From: Acidiferrobacteraceae bacterium
GTDB taxonomy: Bacteria; Pseudomonadota; Gammaproteobacteria; Acidiferrobacterales; Sulfurifustaceae
Assembly (NCBI GenBank): GCA_021323795.1
Contig: JAJPKH010000306.1
Location: 11,221 to 75,220, forward strand
Reading direction: 5' to 3'
Length of the DNA: 64,000 nt
In this document: one piece after another, positions 16,215 to 25,187 of the stretch
Layout: each line of letters opens with the position of its first letter
How positions within the stretch are numbered: position 1 is the first letter of the stretch
Translations under genes and position numbers: made by a program
The notes under the pieces: generated by a model
Database searches by the model: none
The model's input: the letters and a program-made list of their open reading frames with translations, nothing else
What the model was told of the DNA's origin: nothing

Positions 16215-17095
16215 GGGCAGTGCGCCACCTTCGGTCCGTCGTTTTTGATAAGCGCATCGCCCTGCTGCTGTTGCTCGGCCCGTTCGCGGTGTTCGGCGCT
16301 GTCATGGTCAACACGAAAGATCGCGCGCCACCGCAAATCCTCGCGCTCGCGGTGGGCGGCGATGGAACCACGCTCCTTGAGATGCGTGCCGACAAACTTT
16401 ATCGCCGTGCGGCCGCCGACGGCGCTTGGGCGCAAGTACCGCTGCCCCGGGCGGTCGCGCCCTCTCGCATCACAGCGATCGCGGCGGTCGCGAAAAGCAG
16501 CGACGTGCTGTACCTGGCCGGCCAAGGCTTGGGCGTATGGCGCAGCGACAATGGCGGCCGCGATTGGGAGGCGCGCAATGATGGGCTGCCCAGCCGCGAG
16601 GCAATCGCCGTGACCGCGCACGCCGATCGGCCGGAGACGGTTTACGCCTATCTCGCCGGCAACGGGATCTTTCGCAGCGAAGACGCCGGGAAGCACTGGA
16701 AGCAGATGGACGGGGGGCCACGCGCGGCGCTGACCCAGTTCGTTCATTCGAACATGCCGGGCAGCATGCAGAGCGGTTGGCTCTTTGCGGCGACACGGAC
16801 CGGGGTCGCCCGTTCCATGGATTGCTTTTGCGGGTGGTACGACGCCGGCGGGTTGAACGCCAAAGTCCACGCCGTCGCTTACGCGCCGAACCAGCCGCAA
16901 CGCGTGTACGCGGCGACGGAAAAGGGGTTGTTCGTGAGCGTGAACGGCGGCGAGGAATGGCGGCGCGCGCAAGCGCCCGCGGGCAGCGTGACGGCGCTCG
17001 CGGTTGCACGGTCGGGGACGGTATACGCCGCGAGCGGCAGTAAGCTGTTCCGCAGCACCGACGGCGGGCAAACCTGGGAGCGAGTCGATGCGTAG
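16211..17095 (+). CDS. BNR/Asp-box repeat beta-propeller-like protein (Ycf48/sialidase-like; metal-island associated family)
   Basis: Four SxDxGxxW-type boxes: RSDNGGRDW, RSEDAGKHW, VSVNGGEEW and RSTDGGQTW. Has an N-terminal TM. Paralogous to 36095-36997. Confidence 0.72.
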   Translation: MRAVRHLRSVVFDKRIALLLLLGPFAVFGAVMVNTKDRAPPQILALAVGGDGTTLLEMRADKLYRRAAADGAWAQVPLPRAVAPSRITAIAAVAKSSDVLYLAGQGLGVWRSDNGGRDWEARNDGLPSREAIAVTAHADRPETVYAYLAGNGIFRSEDAGKHWKQMDGGPRAALTQFVHSNMPGSMQSGWLFAATRTGVARSMDCFCGWYDAGGLNAKVHAVAYAPNQPQRVYAATEKGLFVSVNGGEEWRRAQAPAGSVTALAVARSGTVYAASGSKLFRSTDGGQTWERVDA

Positions 17096-17594
17096 CGCAT
17101 TGTTGGCGAGCGCGATGGTGTTTGCCGGCGTTGCCGTTACGGCCCACGCCGCTAAAGAGGCTCTGCCACCGCTCGATCCGGCGCTCGCCGCGCAAGGCCG
17201 TTCCATCTACGCGCACCAGTGCGCATCCTGCCACGGCCCGCAAGGCGAAGGTGCGCCCCATTGGCAGGCGCGCAACGCGCAGGGCGAGCTTCCTGCGCCG
17301 CCCCACGGACCGCAAGGCCACACGTGGAAGCATTCGGATGCGATGTTGTATCGAATCGTACGCGAAGGCTGGCGCGATCCGTTCAACAAGACGAAGCGGC
17401 TCACCATGCCGGCGTTTCGCGACGTCCTCTCGCCGCGCGAAACGCGTGCGGTCATTACGTTCTTAAAAACGCTCTGGAAGCCCGAACAACGGCGCTTTCA
17501 GTGGGAGGAGAGCCGCAAGGAACCGTTTCCGCCGCAGACAAACCGAACCACACGACCCGCCGACGATCGGCCACCCCACGAGCACGGGAGATGA
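17088..17594 (+). CDS. Class I c-type cytochrome
   Basis: Signal peptide, haem motif CASCHG and distal Met in RLTMPAF. The ATG overlaps the end of the preceding gene. Confidence 0.8.
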   Translation: MRSALLASAMVFAGVAVTAHAAKEALPPLDPALAAQGRSIYAHQCASCHGPQGEGAPHWQARNAQGELPAPPHGPQGHTWKHSDAMLYRIVREGWRDPFNKTKRLTMPAFRDVLSPRETRAVITFLKTLWKPEQRRFQWEESRKEPFPPQTNRTTRPADDRPPHEHGR

Positions 17595-17601
17595 AAACAC
17601 G

Positions 17602-18495
17602 ATGAAGACAGAAACGCTAAACAAGGTGGCGGTGGCGGTGGTCGTCGCGGCCGTCGTCGTTGCGGCGGCGGCGCTCGTTATGGCCGTACGGCTTAGCGAC
17701 CGCCCGGATGAAACGCGGGTCTTGCGGCTGATCGACGAGCGACTGGCCGAAACGCAACGCGGAGCCGCGCCGCTCGATGAAGCGAGAGTGATTGCGCTCA
17801 TCGAGGAACGGCTGCCCGGTACTAAGAGCGCGGCCCTGTCCGACCGGGCACTCGACGCCCGCATCGAGAAAGGCATCGTCACCTTCGTCGAGAAACAACA
17901 GCGCGCCGAGCGCGAGCGGCCCAACCGGCTTGCGCAAGCCGCCCGGCCGGTCGGCAAAGATGATCACATCCGCGGCAACCCCAACGCCCCGGTCGCGCTG
18001 ATCGAATACTCCGACTTCGAATGTCCGTTCTGCAAACGCTTCCATGCGACGGCCAAGCAGGTGGTCAACGAATCCAACGGCCAGGTGAAGTGGATCTACC
18101 GCCACTTTCCGATCGACGAGCTGCACTCGAAGGCGCGCAAGGAAGCGGCGGCGTCGGAATGCGCGGCCGAGCTCGGCGGCAACGAAGCGTTCTGGAAGTT
18201 CGCGGACCGGTTCTACGAGCTGACGCCCTCGAACAACCGAACCGATACCGACACGGTGCTGCCGCAAATCGCCCGCGAGATCGGGCTCGACGCAAAGCAA
18301 TTTGCCGCGTGCCTGGCGAGCGGGCGGCACGACCGGCGCATCGAAGCAGACCGCCAGAACGCCGTGAATTCCGGCGGCAACGGCACGCCGTGGAGCATCA
18401 TTGTGTCGAAACGCGGTAAGCAATATCCGCTCTCGGGCGCGCAGCCCTACGCCGCCGTCAAGCAACTCGTGGATCTTGCGCTGAGGGAAAAGTGA
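17602..18495 (+). CDS. DsbA-family thiol:disulfide oxidoreductase with an N-terminal membrane anchor
   Basis: IEYSDFECPFCKRFH (CPFC) in a thioredoxin fold. N-terminal TM VAVAVVVAAVVVAAAALVMAV. Confidence 0.85.
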   Translation: MKTETLNKVAVAVVVAAVVVAAAALVMAVRLSDRPDETRVLRLIDERLAETQRGAAPLDEARVIALIEERLPGTKSAALSDRALDARIEKGIVTFVEKQQRAERERPNRLAQAARPVGKDDHIRGNPNAPVALIEYSDFECPFCKRFHATAKQVVNESNGQVKWIYRHFPIDELHSKARKEAAASECAAELGGNEAFWKFADRFYELTPSNNRTDTDTVLPQIAREIGLDAKQFAACLASGRHDRRIEADRQNAVNSGGNGTPWSIIVSKRGKQYPLSGAQPYAAVKQLVDLALREK

Positions 18496-18498
18496 GCC

Positions 18499-19110
18499 AT
18501 GAAGCGCTACTTGCACTGTCTGCGCATCGCATCGGGCCTGGTGTTCGCCCGTGCGTCGTACGTCGCGGCGGCGGCACTGCTCGCCCTCGTCGCGCTGCTG
18601 CTGGCGCTCTGGCTGCCGAACCTCGGGCTCATCGTCGACGTGTTCGGCAGCACGGACGTTCCGTTCACCGCCAAGCTCAACCTCGCGCTCAGCCTGCTCG
18701 GCGGCATCGCAACGAACTTCAGCGCGCTGTCCGCGGCCTACACCGTCGCGATCGCGGTTCTCTTCGGCGTTAACGCGGCGATGAGCGTGTACTCGTTCAA
18801 CCGAAAGCGCGCGGCAGCGTCGTCGCCTATCGCGATCGGCGCGGGCGGCCTGGCGAGCGGGCTGCTCGGCATCGGCTGCGCCGCCTGCGGTTCACTGATC
18901 GGGGGAACCGCGGCGGCGTTCGTCGGCGGCGCGGGCGCGCTCGCCGTGCTGCCGCTGAAGGGCGCCGAATTCGGCCTCTTGAGCGTCGCGCTGCTCGCGG
19001 TTTCGCTGGGGTTCGTGAGCCGCAACATCGCCGAATCGGCGATCTGCCCGGCCGCGAGCACCGGCGCGCCCGATCGCCGGGAACCGGCGGTCACGAATCG
19101 ATCAACCTGA
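18499..19110 (+). CDS. Polytopic membrane protein of unknown family with an intramembrane CxxC motif
   Basis: 203 aa with at least four hydrophobic helices, including GLLGIGCAACGSLIGG. It starts 4 nt after the DsbA-like gene. Confidence 0.55.
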   Translation: MKRYLHCLRIASGLVFARASYVAAAALLALVALLLALWLPNLGLIVDVFGSTDVPFTAKLNLALSLLGGIATNFSALSAAYTVAIAVLFGVNAAMSVYSFNRKRAAASSPIAIGAGGLASGLLGIGCAACGSLIGGTAAAFVGGAGALAVLPLKGAEFGLLSVALLAVSLGFVSRNIAESAICPAASTGAPDRREPAVTNRST

Positions 19111-19124
19111 GGAGAAAACCAACC

Positions 19125-19559
19125 ATGCGTCTATCGAAAGCACCGCTGCTTGCGCTCTTGCTCGGCCTGGCCTTCCCGGCGTTCGCCGCCGGCACGTCCG
19201 CGCAGCTCTACATGAATCCGAATTGCGGCTGCTGCGGCGAATACGCGAAATATCTGCGCGCCCACGGCATCGCGGTCACCGAGATTCCCGTGCACAACCT
19301 GGCGCAGATGCAGGAGCAAAACGGGGTGCCCGAGCGGCTGGCCGGCTGCCACATCATGAAGATCGGCCCGTACATCTTCGATGGGCTCATCCCCGTCGAC
19401 AGCGTGAAGCGCGTGCTGGCGGAACGGCCGCTCATCAAGGGGCTCACGCTTCCCGGCATGCCGGCGGGCGCGCCGGGCATGCCGGGCCCGAAGAAGGGAC
19501 CGCTGCACGTCTACTACATCTCGAATGATACCCCGCCCAAAATTTACGCGACGTACTGA
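19125..19559 (+). CDS. copG: CopG/DUF411 periplasmic copper-binding protein
   Basis: Signal peptide, NPNCGCCGEY and LAGCHIMKI motifs, and PGMPAGAPGMPG. Confidence 0.87.
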   Translation: MRLSKAPLLALLLGLAFPAFAAGTSAQLYMNPNCGCCGEYAKYLRAHGIAVTEIPVHNLAQMQEQNGVPERLAGCHIMKIGPYIFDGLIPVDSVKRVLAERPLIKGLTLPGMPAGAPGMPGPKKGPLHVYYISNDTPPKIYATY

Positions 19560-19563
19560 CCCC

Positions 19564-20175
19564 ATGCGACGCGCGCATTCCATCGCACGGTTGCTATTGC
19601 CCCTGGCGCTATTGCCGGCGTTGAGCGCCTGCGACAAGCCGGCGCAGCCAACGGTCGCCGACATCACCTTCGTGCCCGCCGCGCACGCCAAGACCACGCG
19701 GCACGCAAGCGGTTTTGTATTGTGGGACGCGCCGCGGTCCGTACCAGCGCTCGCCTTTCAAGGCAGCGACGGGCAGCCGCTCGGTTTGGATAAATTTCGC
19801 GGCAAGGTGGTGGTGTTGAACATCTGGGCCACGTGGTGCGGTCCGTGCCGCGAAGAAATGCCAACCCTCGACAACCTGCAGGCGAAGCTGGGCGGGCCCG
19901 ATCTTGAAGTGCTGACCTTGTCCATCGATCAGGCCGGGCCGGAAGTCGTACGCAAGTTTTTCAAGGAAGTCGGCGTCAAACACCTGCGGCTGTACATCGA
20001 CCCGACGGCGCAGACCTTAAACGTGCTCGATATCCTCGGTCTTCCGACAACGCTGCTGGTCGACCGGCAGGGTCGCGAGCTCGGCCGGCTCATCGGCGCG
20101 GCAACGTGGGACAGCCCGAAGATGATCGATTTCTTACAAGACGTTGTTAAACGGACCCAAGGAGATAAACCATGA
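19564..20175 (+). CDS. TlpA/ResA-like periplasmic thioredoxin lipoprotein
   Basis: Lipobox LPALSAC and active site NIWATWCGPCREEMP. Confidence 0.88.
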   Translation: MRRAHSIARLLLPLALLPALSACDKPAQPTVADITFVPAAHAKTTRHASGFVLWDAPRSVPALAFQGSDGQPLGLDKFRGKVVVLNIWATWCGPCREEMPTLDNLQAKLGGPDLEVLTLSIDQAGPEVVRKFFKEVGVKHLRLYIDPTAQTLNVLDILGLPTTLLVDRQGRELGRLIGAATWDSPKMIDFLQDVVKRTQGDKP

Positions 20176-20450
20176 CCGACAGTACGAATGTTGCCGCTTC
20201 ACCGCCACAGTCAGCGTGGCGTCGATGGTTCCAAGGCCGGCGCCGGTGGTTTGTCATCGGTGTCGCGGTGGTGATCGCCGGCTTATGGCTCGGTTGGGAC
20301 TGGCTGGCGGCGATCGGCGCCCTGCCCGTCTTGGTCGCGCTCGCGCCCTGTCTCGCGATGTGCGCGCTCGGGCTCTGCATGCGCGGCGGCGCCAGCGGGT
20401 CGTGCGAGCAACCCGCGGCAAATCCTACGGGTCATCAGGGGAAGACATGA
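20172..20450 (+). CDS. Small Cys-rich membrane protein (paralog of 35644-35910)
   Basis: Shares [29 protein letters not shown]...SC with the gene that follows cusA. ATGA overlaps occur at both ends. Confidence 0.6.
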   Translation: MTDSTNVAASPPQSAWRRWFQGRRRWFVIGVAVVIAGLWLGWDWLAAIGALPVLVALAPCLAMCALGLCMRGGASGSCEQPAANPTGHQGKT

Positions 20451-20618
20451 CACGGACAACGGAACGCGGATATGGATCGGCGTCGTTCCGGCCCCGGTTG
20501 TGATCGGCACCATTTTGCTGCTCGGGCCGGCGGGGCGGATGTGACGATGTGTCAGGCAATGATGAGCGACAGCATGATGCAGGACGGCGCGCCGCCTGAT
20601 CGACCGAGCCCACCATAG
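20447..20618 (+). pseudogene. Disrupted paralog of the small TM gene 35907-36098. Two single-nt deletions occur near 20467 and 20541.
   Basis: Splicing three frames gives MTRTTER/IWIGVVPAPVVIGTILLLGPAGRM/TMCQAMMSDSMMQDG. The intact copy reads [42 protein letters not shown]. The last frame ends TAGTG, overlapping the ccdA start. Confidence 0.45.
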
Positions 20619-21361
20619 TGTTCGAGATCGCGAACATTGGGCTCGCAACGGCGCTGCTCGCCGGCGCCGTCTCGTTCCTGTCGCCCTGCGTTTTGCCGCT
20701 CGTACCGGGTTACGTGTCCTTTATCGCCGGACGCTCGATCGATGAGCTGCAGGCCCGCCGCGGGCACGAACGGCTGGCCGCGCTCGGCCTGAGTCTCGCC
20801 TTCGTGCTCGGCTTCTCGACCGTGTTCATCACGCTTGGCGCCAGCGCCACCGCCGTCGGCCGACTGCTGCTCGCCTATAAGCAAGAAGCGAACATCATCG
20901 GCGGCGCCATCGTTATCGTGTTCGGTCTCTTCATGACCGGCCTGCTCAATTTGCGCTGGCTGCACCTCGATCTGCGCTGGCTGCATCGACTCAAAGGGAC
21001 CGGGGGCGGCCCGCTATCCGCGTATGTTCTGGGACTCGCCTTCGCCTTCGGTTGGACGCCGTGCATCGGCCCGATTCTCGGCAGCATTCTCACGGTCAGC
21101 GCGTCCCATGCCGATGTAACAAGCGGCATCGGTCTGCTCGCGGTTTATTCGCTCGGGCTCGGTCTGCCGTTTCTGCTGACCGCGCTTTTCGTCGATCACT
21201 TTCTCGCACATCTCAAAACCTTGCGACGTTGGAGCCGGCCGATCTACATCGGCAGCGGCGTCCTGCTGGTGCTCGTCGGCATTCTCATGGTCACCGGCCG
21301 ACTGACGGCGCTCGCGTACTGGCTGTTGAACTTGTTTCCGGTTCTCGGACGAATCGGGTAA
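20618..21361 (+). CDS. ccdA: CcdA/DsbD-type transmembrane thiol-disulfide electron transporter
   Basis: FLSPCVLPLVPGY and WTPCIGPILGSIL. GTG start. Confidence 0.9.
   Translation: MFEIANIGLATALLAGAVSFLSPCVLPLVPGYVSFIAGRSIDELQARRGHERLAALGLSLAFVLGFSTVFITLGASATAVGRLLLAYKQEANIIGGAIVIVFGLFMTGLLNLRWLHLDLRWLHRLKGTGGGPLSAYVLGLAFAFGWTPCIGPILGSILTVSASHADVTSGIGLLAVYSLGLGLPFLLTALFVDHFLAHLKTLRRWSRPIYIGSGVLLVLVGILMVTGRLTALAYWLLNLFPVLGRIG
20951..20992 (+). repeat. In-frame 21-bp tandem duplication inside ccdA (LRWLHLD / LRWLHRL)
   Basis: ttgcgctggctgcacctcgat followed by ctgcgctggctgcatcgactc. Confidence 0.7.
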
Positions 21362-21608
21362 TGCGCATGCCCCACCATATCCGACGCTCCCATAAGCTGG
21401 ACGTGACTCGAATGGATTTGCCGCCGCTCACCCGGTTCGATCTCCACCGCCTGCTACGCCCGGTGCGCGGCGGAGCCCGGGTCGAGCCTTCCCGCCGGCG
21501 CAGCGAAGCTGCGGGGAACTCTCGTTTTCATCCCCCGCTTTCGTCCTTGACCTTGTCGGAGCGGGCAGGTTCAAGCTCGAGTTCCGTTCGCCCGAGGAGT
21601 CGCACGAC

Positions 21609-22301
21609 ATGACCGAACCGTCGAACCGAGCGATTCGAACGCGCTTACGTTCCGTCGGGGTCGGTTTCGCGGCTGGCGCGCTGCTCGTGCTGGTCGCCGG
21701 CCTGTTGATCCGCTATCAAACGCGCGGCGTCGCGACCTCCGAAGATGCGTCGTCGGGCTCGAGCTATCAAGGCAGCAGGCTCGACGCTAAACCGGCCGCC
21801 GATTTTCGTTTGACCGACCAGCGTGGGATGTCTGTTTCGCTCGCGCACCTCCGGGGTAAAGTGGTCGTGCTCACCTTGCTCGATCCCGACTGCACCGATA
21901 TCTGCCCCCTCTACGCCTACCAGTTCCGCCTGGCGCATCAGGCGCTGGGCGCCGACGCCGTCAAAGTCGCCTTCGTGGCATTCAACGCGAATAACAAGAA
22001 AACCACGGTCGACGACGTGATGGCGGCGACCAAGAAGTGGGCCATGGAACAGGTTTCGGAATGGTATTTTCTAACCGGCACGCCCGCGGCGCTGAAGGCG
22101 GTATGGGCCGCCTATGGCATGCACGCTTCGGGCGATCCGAAGCCGGGCAAACCCGATGAGCTGCAGCACTCGCCGACGGTGTTTGTCATCGATCAGGCGG
22201 GACAGCGGCGCTGGTACCTCTCCACGAGCTTTGAAGGCGCCCCGCCGCTCAATACCTTATTAGTGAACCACGTAAGGGCGCTATTGGAGGAGGAACACTG
22301 A
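21609..22301 (+). CDS. Second SCO1/SenC-family protein
   Basis: VVVLTLLDPDCTDICPLY (CxxxC), N-terminal TM, and a downstream His in LQHSPTVFVIDQ. Confidence 0.85.
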   Translation: MTEPSNRAIRTRLRSVGVGFAAGALLVLVAGLLIRYQTRGVATSEDASSGSSYQGSRLDAKPAADFRLTDQRGMSVSLAHLRGKVVVLTLLDPDCTDICPLYAYQFRLAHQALGADAVKVAFVAFNANNKKTTVDDVMAATKKWAMEQVSEWYFLTGTPAALKAVWAAYGMHASGDPKPGKPDELQHSPTVFVIDQAGQRRWYLSTSFEGAPPLNTLLVNHVRALLEEEH

Positions 22302-23140
22302 TGGAACACCGGCGAGGGAAGTCAGCGAGCGCACCGGCGGAAAGCGCGGGCCCGTGGCCCCGCGCGGCGGCACAAGCAGGAGCGGCGTTCCGCTGGCTGA
22401 TCGTTCTCGCGGTGATCGGTTTCTGGGGGTGGCTGTTCCTGGCGCAAGTGTCGATGCCGCGAATGAGCTACAGCCTACCCTTCGACGCATGGTACGGGCA
22501 CTGGCGGGAAGCGGCTATCGCGAGCGCGGTTTTCCTCGCGTTCGTTTTGGGGCTGGTCTGGCCCCGCGGGCCGGCTGAGTGGCGCAATGCCGGCATGTAC
22601 TCCGCGTTCCTGATCTCGCTGTTTGTGGAGATGTTCGGCGTTCCGCTGACGATCTTTCTGGTGGCGCCGCTCCTCGACGTTCCCGTGTTCGCGTTCGGCC
22701 TGAATGAGAGCCACCTGTGGGCTTATCTGCTCGATCGCGCGCACGCCCTGCCGATCGACCGCGGTGTCTACTGGGTCATGACGACCAGCGTCGCCCTGAT
22801 CGCTGTCGGCATGGCGCTGGTCGCGGTCGGCTGGGCGCAGGTGTACGGGCGGCGCTACTGGCTGGTGACGACGGGTATCTACCGCATCGTGCGTCACCCG
22901 CAGTACCTCGGGCTGATCCTCGTGATCGTCGCGTTCAATATCCAGTGGCCGACGATTCTGACATTGCCGATGGCCCCGGTGCTCATCGTCATGTACGTGC
23001 GCCAGGCGCGCCGCGAGGACCGGCGGCTCGAACACCGCTTCGGCAACCATTTTCACCGCTATGCCGCCCGCGTGCCGGCGTTCATCCCGCGGCTTCCGTG
23101 GCGAAGCGCACGCACGCAGCGGACCGAGAGCTTTGAGTGA
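22301..23140 (+). CDS. Isoprenylcysteine carboxyl methyltransferase (ICMT)/phospholipid methyltransferase-family membrane protein
   Basis: Multiple TMs, with GIYRIVRHPQYLGLILVIV...EDRRLEHRFG in the C-terminal part. Confidence 0.72.
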   Translation: MEHRRGKSASAPAESAGPWPRAAAQAGAAFRWLIVLAVIGFWGWLFLAQVSMPRMSYSLPFDAWYGHWREAAIASAVFLAFVLGLVWPRGPAEWRNAGMYSAFLISLFVEMFGVPLTIFLVAPLLDVPVFAFGLNESHLWAYLLDRAHALPIDRGVYWVMTTSVALIAVGMALVAVGWAQVYGRRYWLVTTGIYRIVRHPQYLGLILVIVAFNIQWPTILTLPMAPVLIVMYVRQARREDRRLEHRFGNHFHRYAARVPAFIPRLPWRSARTQRTESFE

Positions 23141-23154
23141 ACCCATGACCAAGC

Positions 23155-23784
23155 TTGCAACCGGATAGCGATGCGTACTACGGATCGAGAATCGTGAAAT
23201 TGAAACACGAAACCGACGCGGCCCCGAGCCGCGATGCCGCGGTCCGACGGCGCGGCCAACGGCTCGTGTTCGCCATCCCGCTCTTCGCGTTGATCGCGCT
23301 CGCGGCGTTCCTCGCCGTGGGCCTGGGGCGCGATCCCCGCCTGATCCCGTCGCCGCTGATTGGCCGGCCGGTTCCCGCGTTCGATTTGCCGCCTGTGCAG
23401 GGGCGGTCGCTCGGCCTCGCCAGCCGCGACCTCAAGGTCGAGGTATCGCTCGTCAACGTGTTTGCGTCCTGGTGTGTCGCGTGCCGCGAGGAGCATCCGC
23501 TGTTCATGCAGCTCGCGCGCGACCGCGTGGTGCCGATTCACGGGCTCAACTACAAGGACCGGCCGGCGGACGCCGAGCGCTGGCTCAACGAGATGGGCGA
23601 CCCCTACACCCGCACCGGTGCCGACCTCGACGGGCGCGTCGCCATCGATTGGGGCGTCTACGGCGTGCCGGAGACCTTCGTCATCGATCGCGCGGGACGC
23701 ATCGCGTATAAACATATCGGCCCGGTGAATCCCGACGTGCTGAACAATAAGATCCTGCCGCTGATCGAAAAGCTGCGTGAATGA
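23155..23784 (+). CDS. ccmG: DsbE/CcmG-type periplasmic thiol:disulfide oxidoreductase
   Basis: VNVFASWCVACREEHP, GLNYKD, WGVYGVPETFVIDRAGRI. The start is uncertain (TTG at 23155 or GTG at 23194). Confidence 0.87.
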   Translation: MQPDSDAYYGSRIVKLKHETDAAPSRDAAVRRRGQRLVFAIPLFALIALAAFLAVGLGRDPRLIPSPLIGRPVPAFDLPPVQGRSLGLASRDLKVEVSLVNVFASWCVACREEHPLFMQLARDRVVPIHGLNYKDRPADAERWLNEMGDPYTRTGADLDGRVAIDWGVYGVPETFVIDRAGRIAYKHIGPVNPDVLNNKILPLIEKLRE

Positions 23785-25163
23785 CTATGAATATCTCACG
23801 CCGAACGTTTCTGCGCGCCGCCGCCGGCATCGGTTTGTCCGCCGCCGCGCATCCCTGGCCCTTGGGAGCCGAGACACGGAGCAAGGTTCGCGAATTCCGA
23901 CTCCGCGCCGCGCCGGGCCACGCGCCGCTGCTCGGCGCCGGCCATCCGCAAACTGCGGTGTGGGCGTATAGCGGACAAGTGCCCGGTCCGGAAATCCGCG
24001 TGCGCCAGGGCGACCGCGTTCGTATCCAGGTCGAGAACCGGCTGCCCGAGGAGACGACGGTTCACTGGCACGGTATACGCGTCCCGAACGCCATGGACGG
24101 CGTGCCGTACTTGACGCAGAAGCCGATTGCGCGCGGCGCGACGTTCCGCTACGAGTTCGACGTGCCGGACGCGGGCTCGTACTGGTATCACCCGCATTTT
24201 CGCAGCTACGAGCAGGCGGGCCGCGGCCTGTACGGGCTGCTGATCGTCGAAGAGCGCGATCCGGTACCGTTCGATCGCGATATCGCCTGGCTGCTCGGCG
24301 ACTGGCGGCTCGATCGCGAGGCGCAAATCGTCGACGACTTCGACAACCGCATGGACGCCGGCATGGCCGGGCGCATCGGCAACCTGGTGACCATCAACGG
24401 CCGATCCGCGGCGCCGCTGCGGGTGCGCGCCGGCGAGCGCGTGCGGTTGCGGCTGTACAACTCCGCCAATGCGCGCATTTTCGGTCTGGTCTTCCGCGGT
24501 CACCGGCCGCTCGTCATCGCAATCGACGGACAGCCGGTTGAGCCGCACGCGCCGGCGAACGGCAGAATCATCTTGGGTCCCGCGATGCGGGTCGATCTCA
24601 TGCTGGACATGACCGGCGCTCCGGGCGAGCGGTTCGCGGTGCGCGACACGTTCTACCCCATGCGGGCTTACAGCGTGGGCGAGATCGTTTACGCCGACGA
24701 GCCACCGCGGCGGCAGCGCCCGCCGGGGCCGCCGCCGCGCCTCCCGCCGAACCCGATCCCGGAGCCCGCTGTCGAGAAGGCCGAGCGGCACACGATCGCC
24801 TTCGGCGGCGGCATGATGGGCGGCGCGGACGGCGGCGGTATCTGGACGGTCAACGGCAAAAGCGCGAGCGGTCATGCGCATGAGCCCTTTCTGCGCCTCA
24901 AGCGCGGAAAGTCCTACGTGCTGGCGATGCACAACAACACCGCCTGGCATCACCCGATTCACCTTCATGGATATACGTTTCGCGTGATGGCGCGCAACGG
25001 CCGCCCGACCCGGTTCCGCGAGTGGCAGGACACCGTGTTCATGGATCCCGACGAGAAAGTCGAGATCGCGTTCGTCGCCGACAATCCCGGCGACTGGATG
25101 ATCCACTGTCATATCCTGGAGCACATGCAGACCGGGTTAATGGGTGTTATCCGTGTGAGTTGA
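23781..25163 (+). CDS. Tat-exported multicopper oxidase
   Basis: Twin-arginine signal ISRRTFLRAAAG. Copper ligand motifs HWHGIRV, YWYHPH, HPIHLHG and HCHILEHMQTGLM. Confidence 0.92.
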   Translation: MTMNISRRTFLRAAAGIGLSAAAHPWPLGAETRSKVREFRLRAAPGHAPLLGAGHPQTAVWAYSGQVPGPEIRVRQGDRVRIQVENRLPEETTVHWHGIRVPNAMDGVPYLTQKPIARGATFRYEFDVPDAGSYWYHPHFRSYEQAGRGLYGLLIVEERDPVPFDRDIAWLLGDWRLDREAQIVDDFDNRMDAGMAGRIGNLVTINGRSAAPLRVRAGERVRLRLYNSANARIFGLVFRGHRPLVIAIDGQPVEPHAPANGRIILGPAMRVDLMLDMTGAPGERFAVRDTFYPMRAYSVGEIVYADEPPRRQRPPGPPPRLPPNPIPEPAVEKAERHTIAFGGGMMGGADGGGIWTVNGKSASGHAHEPFLRLKRGKSYVLAMHNNTAWHHPIHLHGYTFRVMARNGRPTRFREWQDTVFMDPDEKVEIAFVADNPGDWMIHCHILEHMQTGLMGVIRVS

Positions 25164-25187
25164 ACAACCGCAACGAAGGAGAAGCAG

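Noticed and set aside
16040-17333. 388-aa and 287-aa minus-strand ORFs
   Set aside because: They are antisense to the Met-rich protein, the BNR protein and the cytochrome c gene. Their composition is extremely Arg/Pro/Ala-rich, and no start context or domain is recognisable.
21362-21608. 248-bp gap between ccdA and the second sco, containing a short hairpin (CGCAGC-GAA-GCTGCG) and a possible small ORF (MRMPHHIRRSHK...)
   Set aside because: The hairpin is short and lacks a proper U-tract. The ORF is Arg-rich with no RBS or recognisable features.
23796-25124. 442-aa minus-strand ORF
   Set aside because: It is antisense to the multicopper oxidase, which has all four copper-ligand motifs. The antisense product has no motifs and an Arg/Ala/Gly bias.
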